In this document: in pieces, positions 11,933 to 25,400 of the stretch | Position numbering within the stretch: position 1 is the stretch's first letter | Layout of the letters: the number at the start of each line of letters is the position of its first letter | Assembly: GCA_004431415.1 (NCBI GenBank) | Contig: QPMI01000522.1 | Coordinates: forward strand, 124,001 to 188,000 | Reading direction: 5' to 3' | Length of the DNA stretch: 64,000 nt | Source of the DNA: Cyanophora paradoxa CCMP329 | Lineage: Eukaryota > Plantae > Glaucophyta | Made by a program: the position numbers and the translations under genes | Notes under the pieces: generated by a model | What the model was told of the DNA's origin: nothing | What the model saw: the letters and a program-made list of their open reading frames with translations, nothing else | Databases searched by the model: none

Positions 11933-11994
11933 AAGTGGTTTTCGAGGGGAAAACTAACTTCTCAAGTGGTTTTCGAGGGGAAAACTAACTTCTC
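11933..11994. repeat. Tandem 31-bp direct repeat (2 copies) AAGTGGTTTTCGAGGGGAAAACTAACTTCTC
   Basis: Exact duplication in the 5' region of the Helitron-like element. A second, imperfect pair (GTTCTGCATGGAACCA) lies at about 12025 and 12115. Confidence 0.9.
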
Positions 11995-13377
11995 TCTAAC
12001 TCCGGTCTTCGAATTCCTTGCGCCGTTCTGCATGGAACCAGTTCTCCCTAGCTCTCTCCTCTACATTTCGGCTTCCTCGCAGTGCGTCGCGTACGCCTTG
12101 CTCTTCGTTGCGCGGTTCTGCATGGAACCACTTCTCTCTACGTACCTGTCAACGTCTCCTCTAGATTAGCTTGCAACGAAAAATGCGCCCCTGCCTAGCT
12201 GGGCCGCTGATCGTAGCCGAGGACAGGCCTTCGAGACCGTGCTCTTTCGCTGCGCTCGGGACGCCGCCGAATTCGAGCCTATATTGCAGAACCGCGTGCG
12301 GAGCTGCCCGCAGCCGAGCACGCCGGACGGGCCTGGCGCTCTTGTTGCGTTTGGCACCTGGCAAGCAGACCAGTTCGCGCGCTGCGCACGGCGCGCCGGT
12401 CGACGCCGCTTGCAATTGTCTGCTCATTCAGGTTGAGGCTGCTGTCAGCGTCGGCGCTCCGACGTTAACGTTCGGCGTCCCGCGTTGCACCCGCCGCGTG
12501 CGCTCGACACCCGGCCAGCTGCCTAGCACGCTTGCGGCCGCTGGCTGCACTGCAGCTTAAGCTTTACCAGTGTTTCCAACAGCCGCCAGTTATCTTATTC
12601 AGTTGCAGCTCAGCGGAAGCCCTTCCCGAGCTCGAGCCGGATTCAAACGAGATGGGACGGAAAGCTGCATTGGACCTTGTTTCCGGGCGAGATTTCGTGC
12701 TGTCGGACGCTCGATGCACGCTCTCATCGTCGTGCACGGGCGGCATTTGCTTATGTTGTCCGGAGGGCGCCCGTCAACACTTCTGCGCTCGCGAAAGCCT
12801 ATTTCGGCATGTCCGGCAGCACGTTCGGAGCGCTCAAGTGGGTGCAGTTGCAATTTAGCTGCAGTCGTTAACAAGCACGTATCGGATAACGTACGTATTT
12901 CCCTGCGCAGGGCGCTCCAGTTCCGCCCCGCAGGGCGCTTCCGTTCAGATCGAGCCGCGCAGCGCTCGAGTACGTGGAGTTTCTATCGAGCCGCGCGCCG
13001 GCAAAAACGCAGGGGCTAACGCATGTTCTGACTGCCACGCAGAGCACTTCCAACCTGGCAGTGCGTGTTCAGGCTTCAGTTGTCGATCCGCGAAGCGCGC
13101 GCTTGTGTGTCCAAGTGAGCTCGTTTTGCGGCTTTTTTACAAATTTGCAATTTTCAGCTGTTATTCAGAGCTCTTAACCGTTCAACAGAATCCGGACCGG
13201 CTGTCGTCTGTGTGCGCCGCTTCTGAAAACTCAGTTTCGGGCATTTTGCGAGTAGCGGAACCGTCGGTGAGTCGGGAAGTTCAACGGCTCAGTTTCGAAC
13301 ATCCCGGCCCGCGTTGGAGTCCGGTGCGCTGTTTGGCACCTTGTGTTTAATGCTATTCCTCAGTGCGTTTCCATCAG

Positions 13378-14730
13378 ATGTCTTGCGATATTTGCAAGCG
13401 GCCCTTCAACGACAAGTTGTCGTTCGACCGGCACGTGAAGCGTGCGAAGTGCTCGCCGCAGAATGTGCCTCCGGACATGTCTATTCCGGCATCCGCAACG
13501 GTCGCCCAGTACCCGTGCAGGCAGTGCTGTATCGTCTGTCCGTCAGCTCCTTCCCTTCGTCAGCACGAGGCTGCACACGCCCGAGGTAATTTTTGTGCTG
13601 CGTTGCTGAACCAGATCGATGTAGTGACGTTGCCCGCAATGCAGAGGCTGCGGAGGACGTAGTCGAGTCCGAGTGCAGCAGCAGTTCGTCCGAGGAAGAA
13701 GCCGACCCGGCGTTAGGCCGCCGGAAGCGAACGGCCAGACGGGCCACGCATAGCTGCGATCATGAGGGCTGCGGCTGGAGCGGCGCTTCTGCATCCTCTC
13801 TGCGGAAGCACAAAGAGAAGAAGCACCCTCCAGGTGGATTCTATTTTCGTGGACATGTGGATTCGGGATTCCCTCGCTAAATTGTCGATATCGCCGGTCA
13901 GATATCGCTCCTTGGGACGCACTGCCAGCTCTTACTACGACGTGGATGAAGACGTGGCCGCGAAACAGCACGTTTTGGACGTGCGCCTGCTGCGCGGAGT
14001 ATCGGCCTGCCGCGGACTTCCCCAAATGCCCCTTCTTCCCCGCCTCGCTTGAGATCTTTACTCCCCTCTGGGTGTACAAGTGAGCACTCCGAGCCTATTC
14101 TACATTTCCACTGCGCAGCACTTATCTGGGTGCAGGGAGGATATCGAGGCGCCCCCACCGTGGCAGAAACAGCTTGGCGTCGAAAAACGCGAGGGGTCTC
14201 TGCTGCTGCCGCCGGCCTTTGAGCGCGTCACCGGAACGGAAAGCCGGCCGGGCCTGCAGCAAATGCTAGCTGTACTCAAAGTTGAAGGTGACTCGGGCAC
14301 CTTCGTCGAATCGTGCCCTGGCAAGATGTGCAGCTGCAAGGTCGCCTGCAAATCGAACATTCCGCACTTTCGTCTTTGCCAGCGCTGCATCCCCACCCTC
14401 AAATCGGGCGACATGCCGCGAACAGCAGTGGCGTTGTGGGACTTCGGATATATTCCCGAGGAGCTGAGCTGCCTGAACGAGGCGGAACGAAAGCTGATTG
14501 CGATTGTCAGCGGCGAGACTCGCGTCCGTACACACCACCCTTCGGGCCAGCGCTTTACTCGTGGCAACTGCATCTCATTCTTCAACAAGATCAACGAACT
14601 GGTCCTCGTGCTCCCACGCACGGCCGGCCAGTCCGAAACTGTTTACATTCAAACTGAGGGTGCGCCCGTCACCGTGACTCTGAAAGTGCGGCCCTGGCTC
14701 ATTCGACGCGCTCTCTTCTGGCTGAAAAAG
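13378..14730 (+). CDS. Helitron-associated protein N-terminus: 3 C2H2-like zinc fingers, CxxC and a DUF6570-like domain (truncated)
   Basis: CDICKRPF..FDRH, CRQC..LRQHEAAH, CDHEGC..LRKHKEKKH, WTCACC and LCQRC, then IPEELSCLNEAERKLIA..GQRFTRGNCISF..LPR..KVRPWLIRRALFWLKK. This last pattern is typical of the region upstream of Helitron Rep domains. Confidence 0.72.
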
Positions 14731-14771
14731 GTATGCGGCCGATTGTAATAATCTCTTTCAGCCGTTTTTCA

Positions 14772-15211
14772 GCAACCGTCGAAGCACTCGCGGCTGCGCG
14801 GCAAGATCGCTTCGTCGTTCGCTTTGTCGGGTGCGCGAACATTCATTCAACTGGACTGCCCATATCTAGATCTCGCGTCTGTTTCATGATTGCCACGGCA
14901 GACCTGCAATCGAGGACCTCCACATGGGAATCCTCACGCGCCTCCGAGACGCCGGCCTCGTCGATATCGAACTTCAAGACCTTGTCTACCAGATGCGCGG
15001 CGGAAGCGAGCAGCGCGCCAGCCGCGTGGCTCTGCAGGCGCTCGAGGCGGCGGGCCGCCTCACCATGCTCTCCCAGCAGGGCCCTCTTCAGGACCGGCGC
15101 CGCTGGCTGCCGCTCACCCGCACGGCCGACTTCCGCCCCGACCCCCTCCAGACGGCCTGGATCGCCTATGTTTACGGCGAGCCCTCTGCAGACAGCACCA
15201 TCATTTTTTAG
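14772..15211 (+). CDS. Two-exon C-terminal coding fragment inside the Helitron-like element
   Basis: VEALAAARQDRFVVRFVG|PAIEDLHMGILTRLRDAGLVDIELQDLVYQ...STIIF* joined by a GT..AG intron; family not recognised. Confidence 0.4.
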
Positions 15212-16489
15212 CCAGCTGTTCAGGAGTAGGGTAGGCCGTGCAAACACAGTTGATGCGCACGGTTTTTCCGCTCCAGAACAATCTTTCATATACAGTGCAC
15301 TCAATCTCGAAGTTCATTCAGGCTTTTCTTTGTTCGGTTAGATCGCAGCGTCTGCTTATCAGCCCTTTTCTACTCTTTACAGTCATAATCTGTCTCTATC
15401 TTTACTACTTCAATTGCAACCTGCCGCGCGCGCTGGGCCGGGGTCGATCTACATCTGCCCCGTGCATGTTCGTGCCACTACTACTCTTTCATTAGATCCA
15501 GATTCCCCCCTTGCACCCCCGGCGCGCCAAAACGCGGCCGGGCCACTAGTATGTAGGGCCAGGCCAGGACGGTAGGCAGGTGGGCTCTGCACCAATATTA
15601 ATACCGATTATATTTATTAAGCTTTCCGCGCGATCTCAATCTTCCATCGCGAAGACCGAGCTCGAGCGTGTAGATATAGCGGGGGCGAGGGCGCGTGCAT
15701 CGGCTTTGGTTATTCATGCGAGCTCGAGACGCGGCGCCGGCAGGCATGCTCAGAGTTCAGCGGCCGCCGGGCTTAGGGCCTCCCGAGCAGCCCAAAGTCG
15801 GGGGGGCGCGGGGGCCGGGGTTAACGTTGGCCTGCAGGATCTGAAGGGCCCGAGTCATGATCACTATAGCTAGTACTGAGGGTACCGGTCGACCGGAAGC
15901 TTTAGATCGGGCACCCGGTGACCGCAGACCCTGCTGGCCACCCCCGGGCCCCGTCCCCAGCGCTGGACTATGCATATGGAACGCATCCGAATTTATTGTG
16001 TGACAGTTACATTGTGGCGGACGTTAACGGCTGAGTGACCAACCCACGCCTACATATGATCAACATCGACCGTCAGCATGAGCCTAGAGCAGTTCGTTCA
16101 CAACTAACCTCACGATCTTTCTATCGATCACAAAAGATCTGAACTTCACTTCGAAAACGAAAGGAAATCGGACAAAACTGATCTGAGCACGTGAATTTCG
16201 AAGGCTCAAGACCTGGACTAAGAGATATCTAAGAAAACGAAACGAAATTGGTGGAATTCGAAATTCAACCCAGCACTCGCATAATTTAAAACGATTCAGC
16301 GGCGAACTAGCCCACTGCATGTCTAGCTGATGACTAGTAGACTATTACTACCGTACAAGAATTTATCCAACATGAGAGCGAATTTGATCTGCAATAGGTC
16401 GACTGTACATGACTCTAAAGATAGCGAGTGTTGATTCAGGAAGAGACATTTTATCGCGGCCATCGCGAGATGAACGTTCTTCATGATCA

Positions 16490-19400
16490 TCACGCAGGCG
16501 CCCGATCGCGAGCGCCGCGGGCGCCGGCGCCAGCGCCGAGCCGGAGGGCGACGGCGTGCACGGCGAGGGCGAGCAGCGTCGCCGCGAGGGCCGACAGGGA
16601 CGGCGCGGCGGCCGAGGCGGCGGAGGCGCGGGAGAAGCCGGCGGAGAAGGGGACGTAGACGCCGTCGGCCTCGTACACGTACAGGAAGTTGCTGTTCGCG
16701 GGGGCCGCGAATACGGCGAACTGCGCGCCCGCACAGGAGTGGTGAGAAGAGAACGAAGAAATGTTAGAAGCGAGTGCAACGAACGGTGGTGAGGTGGCTG
16801 CAGGCGGAGTTGAACGTCGTCGCGGACGTGTTCGCGTTGCGGGTGGCGATGCCGCCGCAGCCCGTGTCGTGGACCCACTTCTGGGCGCGCTCGCTCCAGT
16901 ACAGCATGAACACTGCGCGCGCGGGCCGCGCCATCGAATTGAATTGAACCGAGTCGGTCGGATTTAGATTTGGGGGCAGCTGCAAGCGGACCTTCCGTCT
17001 TAGTGACATTGGCGGAGCTCGAGCTCGAGCTCGAGGATGACTGCGCCATCGAGGGGACTCCCGGGAGCACCGTGCCGGACTGGCCGGGAAGCACGACGTT
17101 GTTGAACGTGAACGTGAAGCCGCCGCCGGAGCCGCGGTACCCCGAGAAGACCTGGCGGCCGGCGCTGCCGTCGGCGTTGACGGCGCTGGCGTGCACGGTG
17201 ACGATCTCGGAGAGGAGCCTGCGCGCGCGGGATCGACGGGTGAGTCCAACAACGTCGCATGGGGCGCGACGTCGGCGGCGCCGGCGTCGACGCACGTGGC
17301 GCCGTCGAAGGCTGTCGGGTAGGGGGACAGCGAGCCGGCGGTCGTCTCGAGCGACAGGGCGAGCTCCGTCTCGCTACCGACCTCGGCGGCGAGCGCCGCC
17401 GGCGGCAGGCTCACAGCGACGTTCCCGGAGAGCGAAGTGAGCCGCCCGCCCGCGCCGCCCGCAGAAGCGGAGCAGACTGCGCGCGCGACAAGCGATTATT
17501 ATTACATTGCGTCGTCTGCGGAGGCGAACGCACCGGTGGAGACGATGGTGTTGCCATGGATGTTCGGGGTGGCGCCGCAGACGGCGGGCCGCTGGAGGGC
17601 GGCGAGCCTCCGCTGCGCGGCCGTGGCGGTGGAGAGGACGCCGTTGGCGACGCTCGCGGGGCGCGCGCGGGTGACGTTGAAGAGGACGTTGCGGATGGCG
17701 CCGAAGAGGTTGCGCTGGGCGCTGGCATCCGCGCTCGGGTCGGGGAAGGCGCTGGGGTAGCTGCCGACCAGCTCCGAGACGAGCGTGGTGAGCGCCTTCA
17801 GGTCCGCGTCGGAGAGGAGGGCGGCGTTGGCGGAGACCTTCGCCGCCACCGACGAGAGCTGCTCCAGCGCATCGGGGGCGAGGTTCCGCTCGCCGGAGCC
17901 CGGCGCCGTCGCCGTCGCCGACGCGGCCGCCGGGCTCGTCGTGGGCGAGGCGCCGGAGGAGCCGACGGAGATGGCGAGCTTGTCGGCCGCGGAGCGCAGC
18001 ATGGCGACCATGGAGCCGAGGGATTCCGAGACGCTCGCGTCGAGCTGGAGGAGCGCGCGGCGGAGGCCCCGCGCGCCCGTGAGCGCAAAGCTCTCGAACG
18101 CCGGCGAGAGGATGTCGAGCGTGGAGAGCAGGCTCGCCGTGTCGCCGAGCGCGTCCAGCGTCGTGAGGCCGCCGGCCGACGTGACGAGGAACGAGCGCGT
18201 CTCGGCGTACGATGCAAAGGCCTGCGGCACGACCTGCACCAGGCCCAGCTTGTACCTGCGCGCGGGTTTTGCACGCATGTGAGCGAATTAAAGAGCCATG
18301 GGCTGTTTAGTTTGACTCGGAAGCAGTTGCGGTCGCACATGATGGAGGCTCCGTCGACGTCCGAGACCAGGGCGACGAGGGCGAGCTCGCGGCCGACGCC
18401 GTTTCCGGCGGGGAGGAGGGCCGAGACCGTCGGGTCCGTCGAGAAGGCGGTGACCGTCTCGCTGTCCAGCAGCGCGCGCCGCTGCTCCGCCGGGTCCTCG
18501 ATGACGCCGGCGTCGGCGTACCTGTAGATGGTGCTCGGGTTGCTGTTCACGGTGCGGAACTGGTAGCGCAGCGGCTTGCTCTCGTCGAACGTGTCGAAGC
18601 CTGTCCGGTCCCAAGTTGAAGTCGTCACGATCGATATCTTAAAACAATTTAGAAGGGCGCGCACCTGAGCAAGTGAGCGTGAAGCGGGTCTTGATCTGCT
18701 CGCCGGAGGCGGGCGAGACGGAGCAGGTGCCCGGGGTCGGCGGGCTGAAGGCGGTCAGCGAGGCCTCCGAGTAGCCCTTCAGCTTCTCGCTGGCGCTCAC
18801 GCCGGTCGCCGTCAGCCGGAACCGGTACGACGCGCCCGGCGACAGCGTGAAGGGCGTCACGAGCATGCCCAGCCCGTCGACGGGCGTGAGGCGCGTCGTG
18901 GCGTCGTTGAAACCTGCACCGGTGTAGTTCTCTTAGTAACAATCAAGCAAGAAGCGTAAAGAAAGAAACGAACCGAAATCGCCCTCGGTGACCTCCCAAA
19001 GGAGCGTCGACTTCTCGTTCACGGCCGCGTTCTCCGAGCTGGGGCGCGTCGTGACGGTGCCGTACAGTCCGAGCGGGTACGCGCGGTTGTGGCGCAGGGG
19101 CGAGGTGGTCTTCGCTGTGACCGACACGACGGGAGCGCCAGCGGGCACCAGCATCAGAGTGAGCTTCGCCGTGTTCGAGGAGCGCGACCCGAGCGTCGCC
19201 GTCGCCGTGACTTCCACGGTCTCGCTTCCGCCGGCAGCAGAGGGATCGAACTGCACGTGCCGGGGGCGTGAATTGCAGCTTCAACAGCAGCTACTGCAAG
19301 GCGTCGCACCTCGTACGAGGCGCCGGTGGCGCCGACGGACGCGCCGTTCATAGTCCACGAGTACGTGGGCGTGCCGGACTGCCGGTCGGGATCGATGAGC

Positions 19401-22400
19401 TGCGTCTGAATCACGCGCCTGCCACCGCGCGCCGCCGTCTGCGTTGTGCCTGCGATTGCACAGTCCAAGTCACAAACAACGTTAACTTGGAGACAAGATT
19501 TATATGCCTGCATCCGGCTCGCAATCGCACCTCCGACGAACGTGAGCGTGATGGGCTGGGCGGCGACGTCGACGGCGACGGGCATCGTGACGGTCGGCAG
19601 GCCGGGGGCCGTCACGGCCAGCGTCATCTCGAACGTCCCGATGCTGAAGTAGTCGCGCGGGAAGCCGATCTGCGGGCCCGTGAACGTGCCGACGGGCGTC
19701 GTCCACTTGTAGTCGACCTGCAGCAGAGAAATCAAGACATGCCGAATCTCAAGGAGACCGACAAGGTGGTTGCGCACTGTGCCTGTGGCCGCTTGCGAAT
19801 TTGCGTCGCAGCTGTCGACACGCGCGCGAGCAACGATGATGGTCTGCACATTTCGCCTGCGCATGCAGATCGAGCGAGCAGATCATGCAAATCAATACGC
19901 GTACGCAGAAATAGAACTGGAGTTCACGAAAATTCATATTACAGCACCTGGTCTTCACGCGCGTGGACCCCTCTGAGATGCCGCTGAGGGTAACCATAGG
20001 AATATTGACGCTGAGCTTCTCGAACTGCGGTAGAGATTGCCAGTAAGATCAAGGTGTGCAGCGTTTTCGATGGAATGGCGGCGGCAGACCGTGTATGTCG
20101 CCGTGGCCTGTCGACATCGGCAGAGAATGCGGTGAGAAACGGTCAATGGCGACAGCTACGTATACAGGATGCAAATTAAACTCACCGTCTTCTTGAAGCG
20201 GTTCGTCGCGGTGAAGGTGAGCGAGTACGAGCCGGGCGCGATCGACGCCGGGAACGAGCAGCCGGCGGAGAAATCGAGGTTGCATTCGGCGAGGATCGCG
20301 TCGAGGGCCTGGGGCGCCTGGTTCACCGTCCATCCCTGCGATTGCGAAGGGCGATTACAGCCTGGACCGGACAAGATCCGCGAACTCTACGGGAAAGAAG
20401 ACATCGCACGCACGCTGCTCGTGAGGCCGCCAGCGGTGCCGGTGACGCCGACGCGGGCCGTGAAAGGAGAGCAGGAACCGACCTTGGCGGGCCCCTGGAT
20501 CGCGATCTGCGGGCTCTGCACCGTCTCAGGCTCCGCGATGACCGCCGATGAGTTGACCGCGTCCGAAGTCTGCATGTTGTTGCTGCGCGCGAATATGTGC
20601 GCTTCAGACGCTGCGGCCGAAGAGCAAATATCTTTTGAATGGATCCAGCGGACCTGACAGTGCCCGGGAGCACGACGATGGAGTCGCCGGGCATGACGGT
20701 CGCGCCGGCGCCGATCGTGATGAGCACGCTCTTGGCGTCGATCCACGAGCACCGCGCCTTCGCTCCGAGCGTGTTGTTCGACTCCGGCCCGAGCGAGAGG
20801 ATGCGCGAGCAGTCCGCGGGGCCGAGGAATCTGATCGGCAGACATGTCAACCCGATCGCACGCGGCCCAACAAGCTTGGCGGTTGCGATAACGACGCTCA
20901 CCCAGCCCGGTCGGTGGGGACGTCGAACGTCGCGCCGATCTGGTTGCCGACGCGCGAGAACTTCGCCGAGACCAGCCGCGGCGGGACCGAGTTCAGAGCC
21001 GGGTACATGAAGACCACGAAAGGCGAGCCCGGAATGTGCTGCGTCCAGAAATCAGAGGCCCGGCATCAGACCCCAGCGCGAAGAATGGAGGCCGGGTGGC
21101 GGGCGGCGGGGCGGACCTCGAGGCCGAGGACGCCGTCGAGGAGCACGTTGACGAAGGAGGCGCCGCGCGGCACGAGCGAGAACTTCACGCGGTACTCCCC
21201 GTCGCCCCGCTCCTGGATCGTGTGCGTGAAGCACGGCGGCGCGCTCTCCGACCGCCCGCAGACGTCGCGGCTGACATTGTATGTGACGCGGCGAACATGG
21301 CTACTTATAAGCGGTAACGCGCACCGGGCGCCGACGGGGGAGCTCCCGCCGTAGGTGACGATGAACTTTGAGCCCTTGACGCCCTTCCCCTTCGCGTTGT
21401 TCGCCGTGACGCTGAACTCGTACTCCCCCATCGAGCGCAGCTCGGTCCCTGCGCATGCGCAACCAGACCAGATTAGACTGATTCGATAGTTGCGATTCGA
21501 ATTCGCGCGCGCGGCGCGAGCGAGCCTGCGGACTGGGGCCCGAGGGAGACGCAGTTCTCCGCGAGAGCCTCCGTGTCCGGCAGGTCCTCCCGCGCCCCAA
21601 TCACGTACACGTTCACCTGCGAGAAATTAAACGTAAACGACAGCAACAAAGCGCGCGAGAGTTTCGCTGCGAAATTCGAACCGTGGATTCTTTGTAGTAG
21701 CCGTCGCTTGTGGCGATAGAGTAGGAGAGCGACTTGCGCCCTGAGGCGCGATTTTATGCATCAGTTGAAGATCCAGGAGAAAGGCTGGAATCGAATCTTC
21801 GCACCGGGTTTCTCCCGAGAGAAATCGAAACGGACGGAACGATAGTTGCTGTACATGTAAGAGTTCCAGCTCTCCGCAAGCGATCCGCTCACTTTGAAAG
21901 AAGGAGCGTAAGTGCTGAAGTAGCGCATCGGTCGGGAATCTGAGGACATCCACGGAGAATTCTGCTGGTTCATGGGCGGATTCGCAGAGAGGACGGTGAT
22001 TGTTGCTGCAGAGACAATGAGACGGTCCGCGCACTTAGACACGGGCGCGAAGTAGTAATCTTCAAGCATATGTACCGTCAACGTAGGAGAAGAAAGGAAG
22101 ACTTCCCCCAGCGTTCAGCGACTCGTCAATGGATCCAGAGTACAGCTGCTCGGGGTCCACGATGACCTCGTAGGACCTGCTGCCGAGCGAGGAGAGGGGC
22201 CCGGCGAGCTGCGGGTAGCGCGGGGAGAAGATCACGTCGACGGGCGTCGCGAAGCTGAGCGAAGAGTCTGACGCCGTCAGAGCGAGCGCCGTCGTGTAGC
22301 TCGGCATCGAGAAGTCGGTGACCCCCGCGCCCAGCACGGAAAGCTTGACGGTCTGATCGTAATAATTGTCGATCAGAGCATTGACCGTGGAATAAAGGAG

Positions 22401-25400
22401 GGAATTCAAATGTGCGCACCGCAGTGGCGCCGGGCAGCAGCTGAGGAAGGGATCCAGGGCTCGGCGCTGGCTCGATCTCGATCCACGCCTTAATGTAAGT
22501 TCCAGAGCTCGAGTACTCGCGACTTGTGTATGGCACGGGCGTCGCCGTTGGTGCGGGAACCGGAGTGTTCACAGGACAGGGGGGCGAATTCGGGCCGCTG
22601 AGGCAAGGAGGAGCGGCAATTCCAACACCACCGTAGTACGAGGATCTCTTCTCGAGATTGACAGACGTAGACAACCGGGTTCTGAAGAAAAGGTGAACAA
22701 TCAAGAACGCGAGCGACATCTACAGTGTGGACTGTGCAAGTACAACATGACGCACCCAAATGCTCCAGTTTCGGAGGGGAAACTCGAGCTGCTCGATGGA
22801 TTACAGCCAGGGCAGGAGGAGCTCTGCTGAGAGCCGGGCGTGCTAATGCTGACGAACTCCGCTGCGTTGGTGAACCACAGGCCGGAAAGCTGAGCGTCAA
22901 AGGTGACTGCGCTGCCCGTGGGGTTGGACACGACGAACTTGCGCTCCGCGACACTCCCCATCTTCGCCAGGATCGGCGTCCTCGGCACCGTCTTTCCGCC
23001 TTTAAGCGATCGAGTCAGAAACTTCACGAGCAAGATACACTTTGAAGTCTTATCGTTCATCGCTCACCGAGCACGACGTGGCGGATCTTTATGACGTCGT
23101 TGAAGAGCTCGGGCTTCGCGCCCGTCTGGCTGAACTTGACGGTGGCGACGTGCAAGCCCGGCGCGAGGCCTTGCGTGTTAACCGACACGGATAGGCGGTA
23201 CCAGTAGTGGAAGCCGGGGTTGTTGATCGACCCGCTGGATGCCATTTTCTCGTACGGGAAGCCATCCCAGGGGTACCCGAGCGAAGGCGAGCTTCTCGCG
23301 TCCACCCGCTCCAGGACAATCTGAGAGATGAGAAAGAATGAAATCGTCATTTTCAGTCATCGCATTCATATTCGGATTCAAGGATTCAACGTTAACAATG
23401 CATCGATATCACACCTTCATCCAGGAAGAGTCGCTCTCGATGGAGTACGTGCCGGCGAAATCGGCAGGAAGTAGACAGCGCCCGATAGAAAAGCTGTCGG
23501 TCAGCGGCGGCTTCGAAGCGCTGTTATTGAAGAAGCGGAAGCTGCCGTAGGCTTGGCGTGGGTCCGAGTTGTAAATCAGCGGAAGCGGAAGCGACGTGCT
23601 GTCCGTGTACCGCGAAATCGGTTCCGCATCACACGTGTAAGAAGGGTAGTTCCCGGTATCGTGGCTCCGCTTCGACACGGTTCGCGCCTGGACGGCTCCG
23701 GAAGAGCTCGCAGGGGCCGGAGACTCGGAACCAGAGGCCGAGTTTGCGACGGCATCCGCGGCGATCGGCGAAGCCTCCGGCGCTGGCGCAGGCGCAGTCC
23801 AGGGCGGCGAACTCAGCATAGAGGCCGGTGCAGGCGGCGCGCTCTCGGCGGTGGCAGCTGCGGTTGCACCGTCGGCGGCGGCCGCAGTGGCTTGGGTACC
23901 AGTGGGGCCGACGGGCGCGGGCACTGTGACTACGGATCCGGGTTCAGACTGGAGTTCGCGAAGGGCGCGAGCCTTGACTTTGGGCGCAGATGGAAGGCTG
24001 GAAGACGGGGGGCAGACGTCGGGGACGACGCGCCCCTTGACGACAGCCACGGTGAGCACGAAGTTCTCGTCGAACGCGCTCGTCTCGGCGCACTTGACGA
24101 ACGCCGTCTTCGAGATCTGCTTGTCGGAGGACCCGTAGCACTGCGTGTCGCGCTTGAAGACCGAGTTCGCCCCTGTAAGGTCCGCCGTGGCCCCAATGAG
24201 CAGCCTCTGGCCGGCGGAGAGCTTGAAGGGGCTTGTGACATTCAGAGTGATGGGAATGGGAACGTCGATGGGCATGATGGGGCCGCTCCCGATTGATGGT
24301 CCGGATGGCCAATAAACAACCGAGAAAGATGGCAGACCGATGCTGCAGGTCAGCGAGGGCACAGACATGACCTTGGGCGCCTGCAGATAGAACGTGTGGG
24401 TGGAGACCGCGCCGTCGAGGAAGCCAAAAACGACGTCCGCGTTCGCGCTGTAGAATCCGTAGTACATGCTGTAGAATCCGCCGTAACTGTTGGGGTCGCG
24501 TGGCAAGTCTGCATAATACTCGGGCCTGAAGCGGCCCTCGAGGCTGTAATCTGAAGAATGCGCGCGGTTCAGAAACGACGAAAAGAGCACCAATTATTCA
24601 AATTAAAATTCCTACGCACTTCCTATGAGGCCCATCACGCGAAGTCCGACCGAGAATCTCGTCGAATAGAATGGTGCAGAAGGGACGAAGGTGAAGCTCG
24701 TGCCGTACGAGCCCGGCTTAAGGCCGCGCGCGTCCAGCTCGATGGGAACGCTCGCCGGCGCGCCCCAGACCATCCCCATTGTCCCCGACCTTTGGTACTT
24801 GCTCATGGCTTCCGGATTCGAGCAGACCATGGGGTCCGTGTTCCAGAGCCCCGACGGGGACGGCAGCCGGGCCCAGGAGGCGTCGGCCTTGTCGGCGACG
24901 ACGCGGTACGCGATGGAGGGCGGGGACGGGCACGAGGTGAACGTGTGCATGTGAAGGAACCCGCTGTGCTGCGAGCCGACCAGCAGAGTGTGCTGCACTC
25001 GGAGCCCCGTGTTGTACGCGTCGCAGTAGATTCCATTGTAGCAGGACTGAGGGGTACTCGAGTAACTCAGATAGACTCCAACCAAGACCGCTGTGCATGC
25101 ACGGACATAAATCCTCGAGAGAATGCGAAATTCAGGCTTAAGGACGGTAACGCACGGAGTGCAGCCGCGGAGATCTGGCCGGCGGGGATGAGCGGGTAGT
25201 TCGAGTCGGACGTCTCCGCGAAGAGCTTGGTGCTGTAGAGCCTGCTCCGAACACAAATGAGACTAAGCTATTTGCCGAAGCTTTAAACTGCGGGGTATGA
25301 AACAATTACGTACCCCGGCAGGGCCGGATTGAACGCGAACTGCACGGCGCTGGACGCGGGGCTCGCTTCGGTGTCCGGCAGGGCGGTCACGACGGCGGGA

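Larger units (their letters stand above)
11746..15549 (+). mobile_element. Non-autonomous (internally deleted) Helitron2/Helentron-like element
   Basis: 13-bp inverted repeats TGCAAGGGGGGAA (11746-11758) and TTCCCCCCTTGCA (15503-15515); 5' hairpin 11747-11787; 3' GC-rich hairpin 15518-15542 followed by CTAG|T; internal ZnF/DUF6570-like ORF; no Rep or helicase motifs seen. Confidence 0.75.

Noticed and set aside
11746-15549. Fanzor/TnpB cargo in the Helitron2-like element
   Set aside because: No RuvC motifs found in any of the listed frames.
11708-15559. 9-bp ATGTAGGGC match as the TSD of a Mutator-like element
   Set aside because: No terminal IRs at those boundaries and no DDE transposase; the Helitron-type ends explain the region better.
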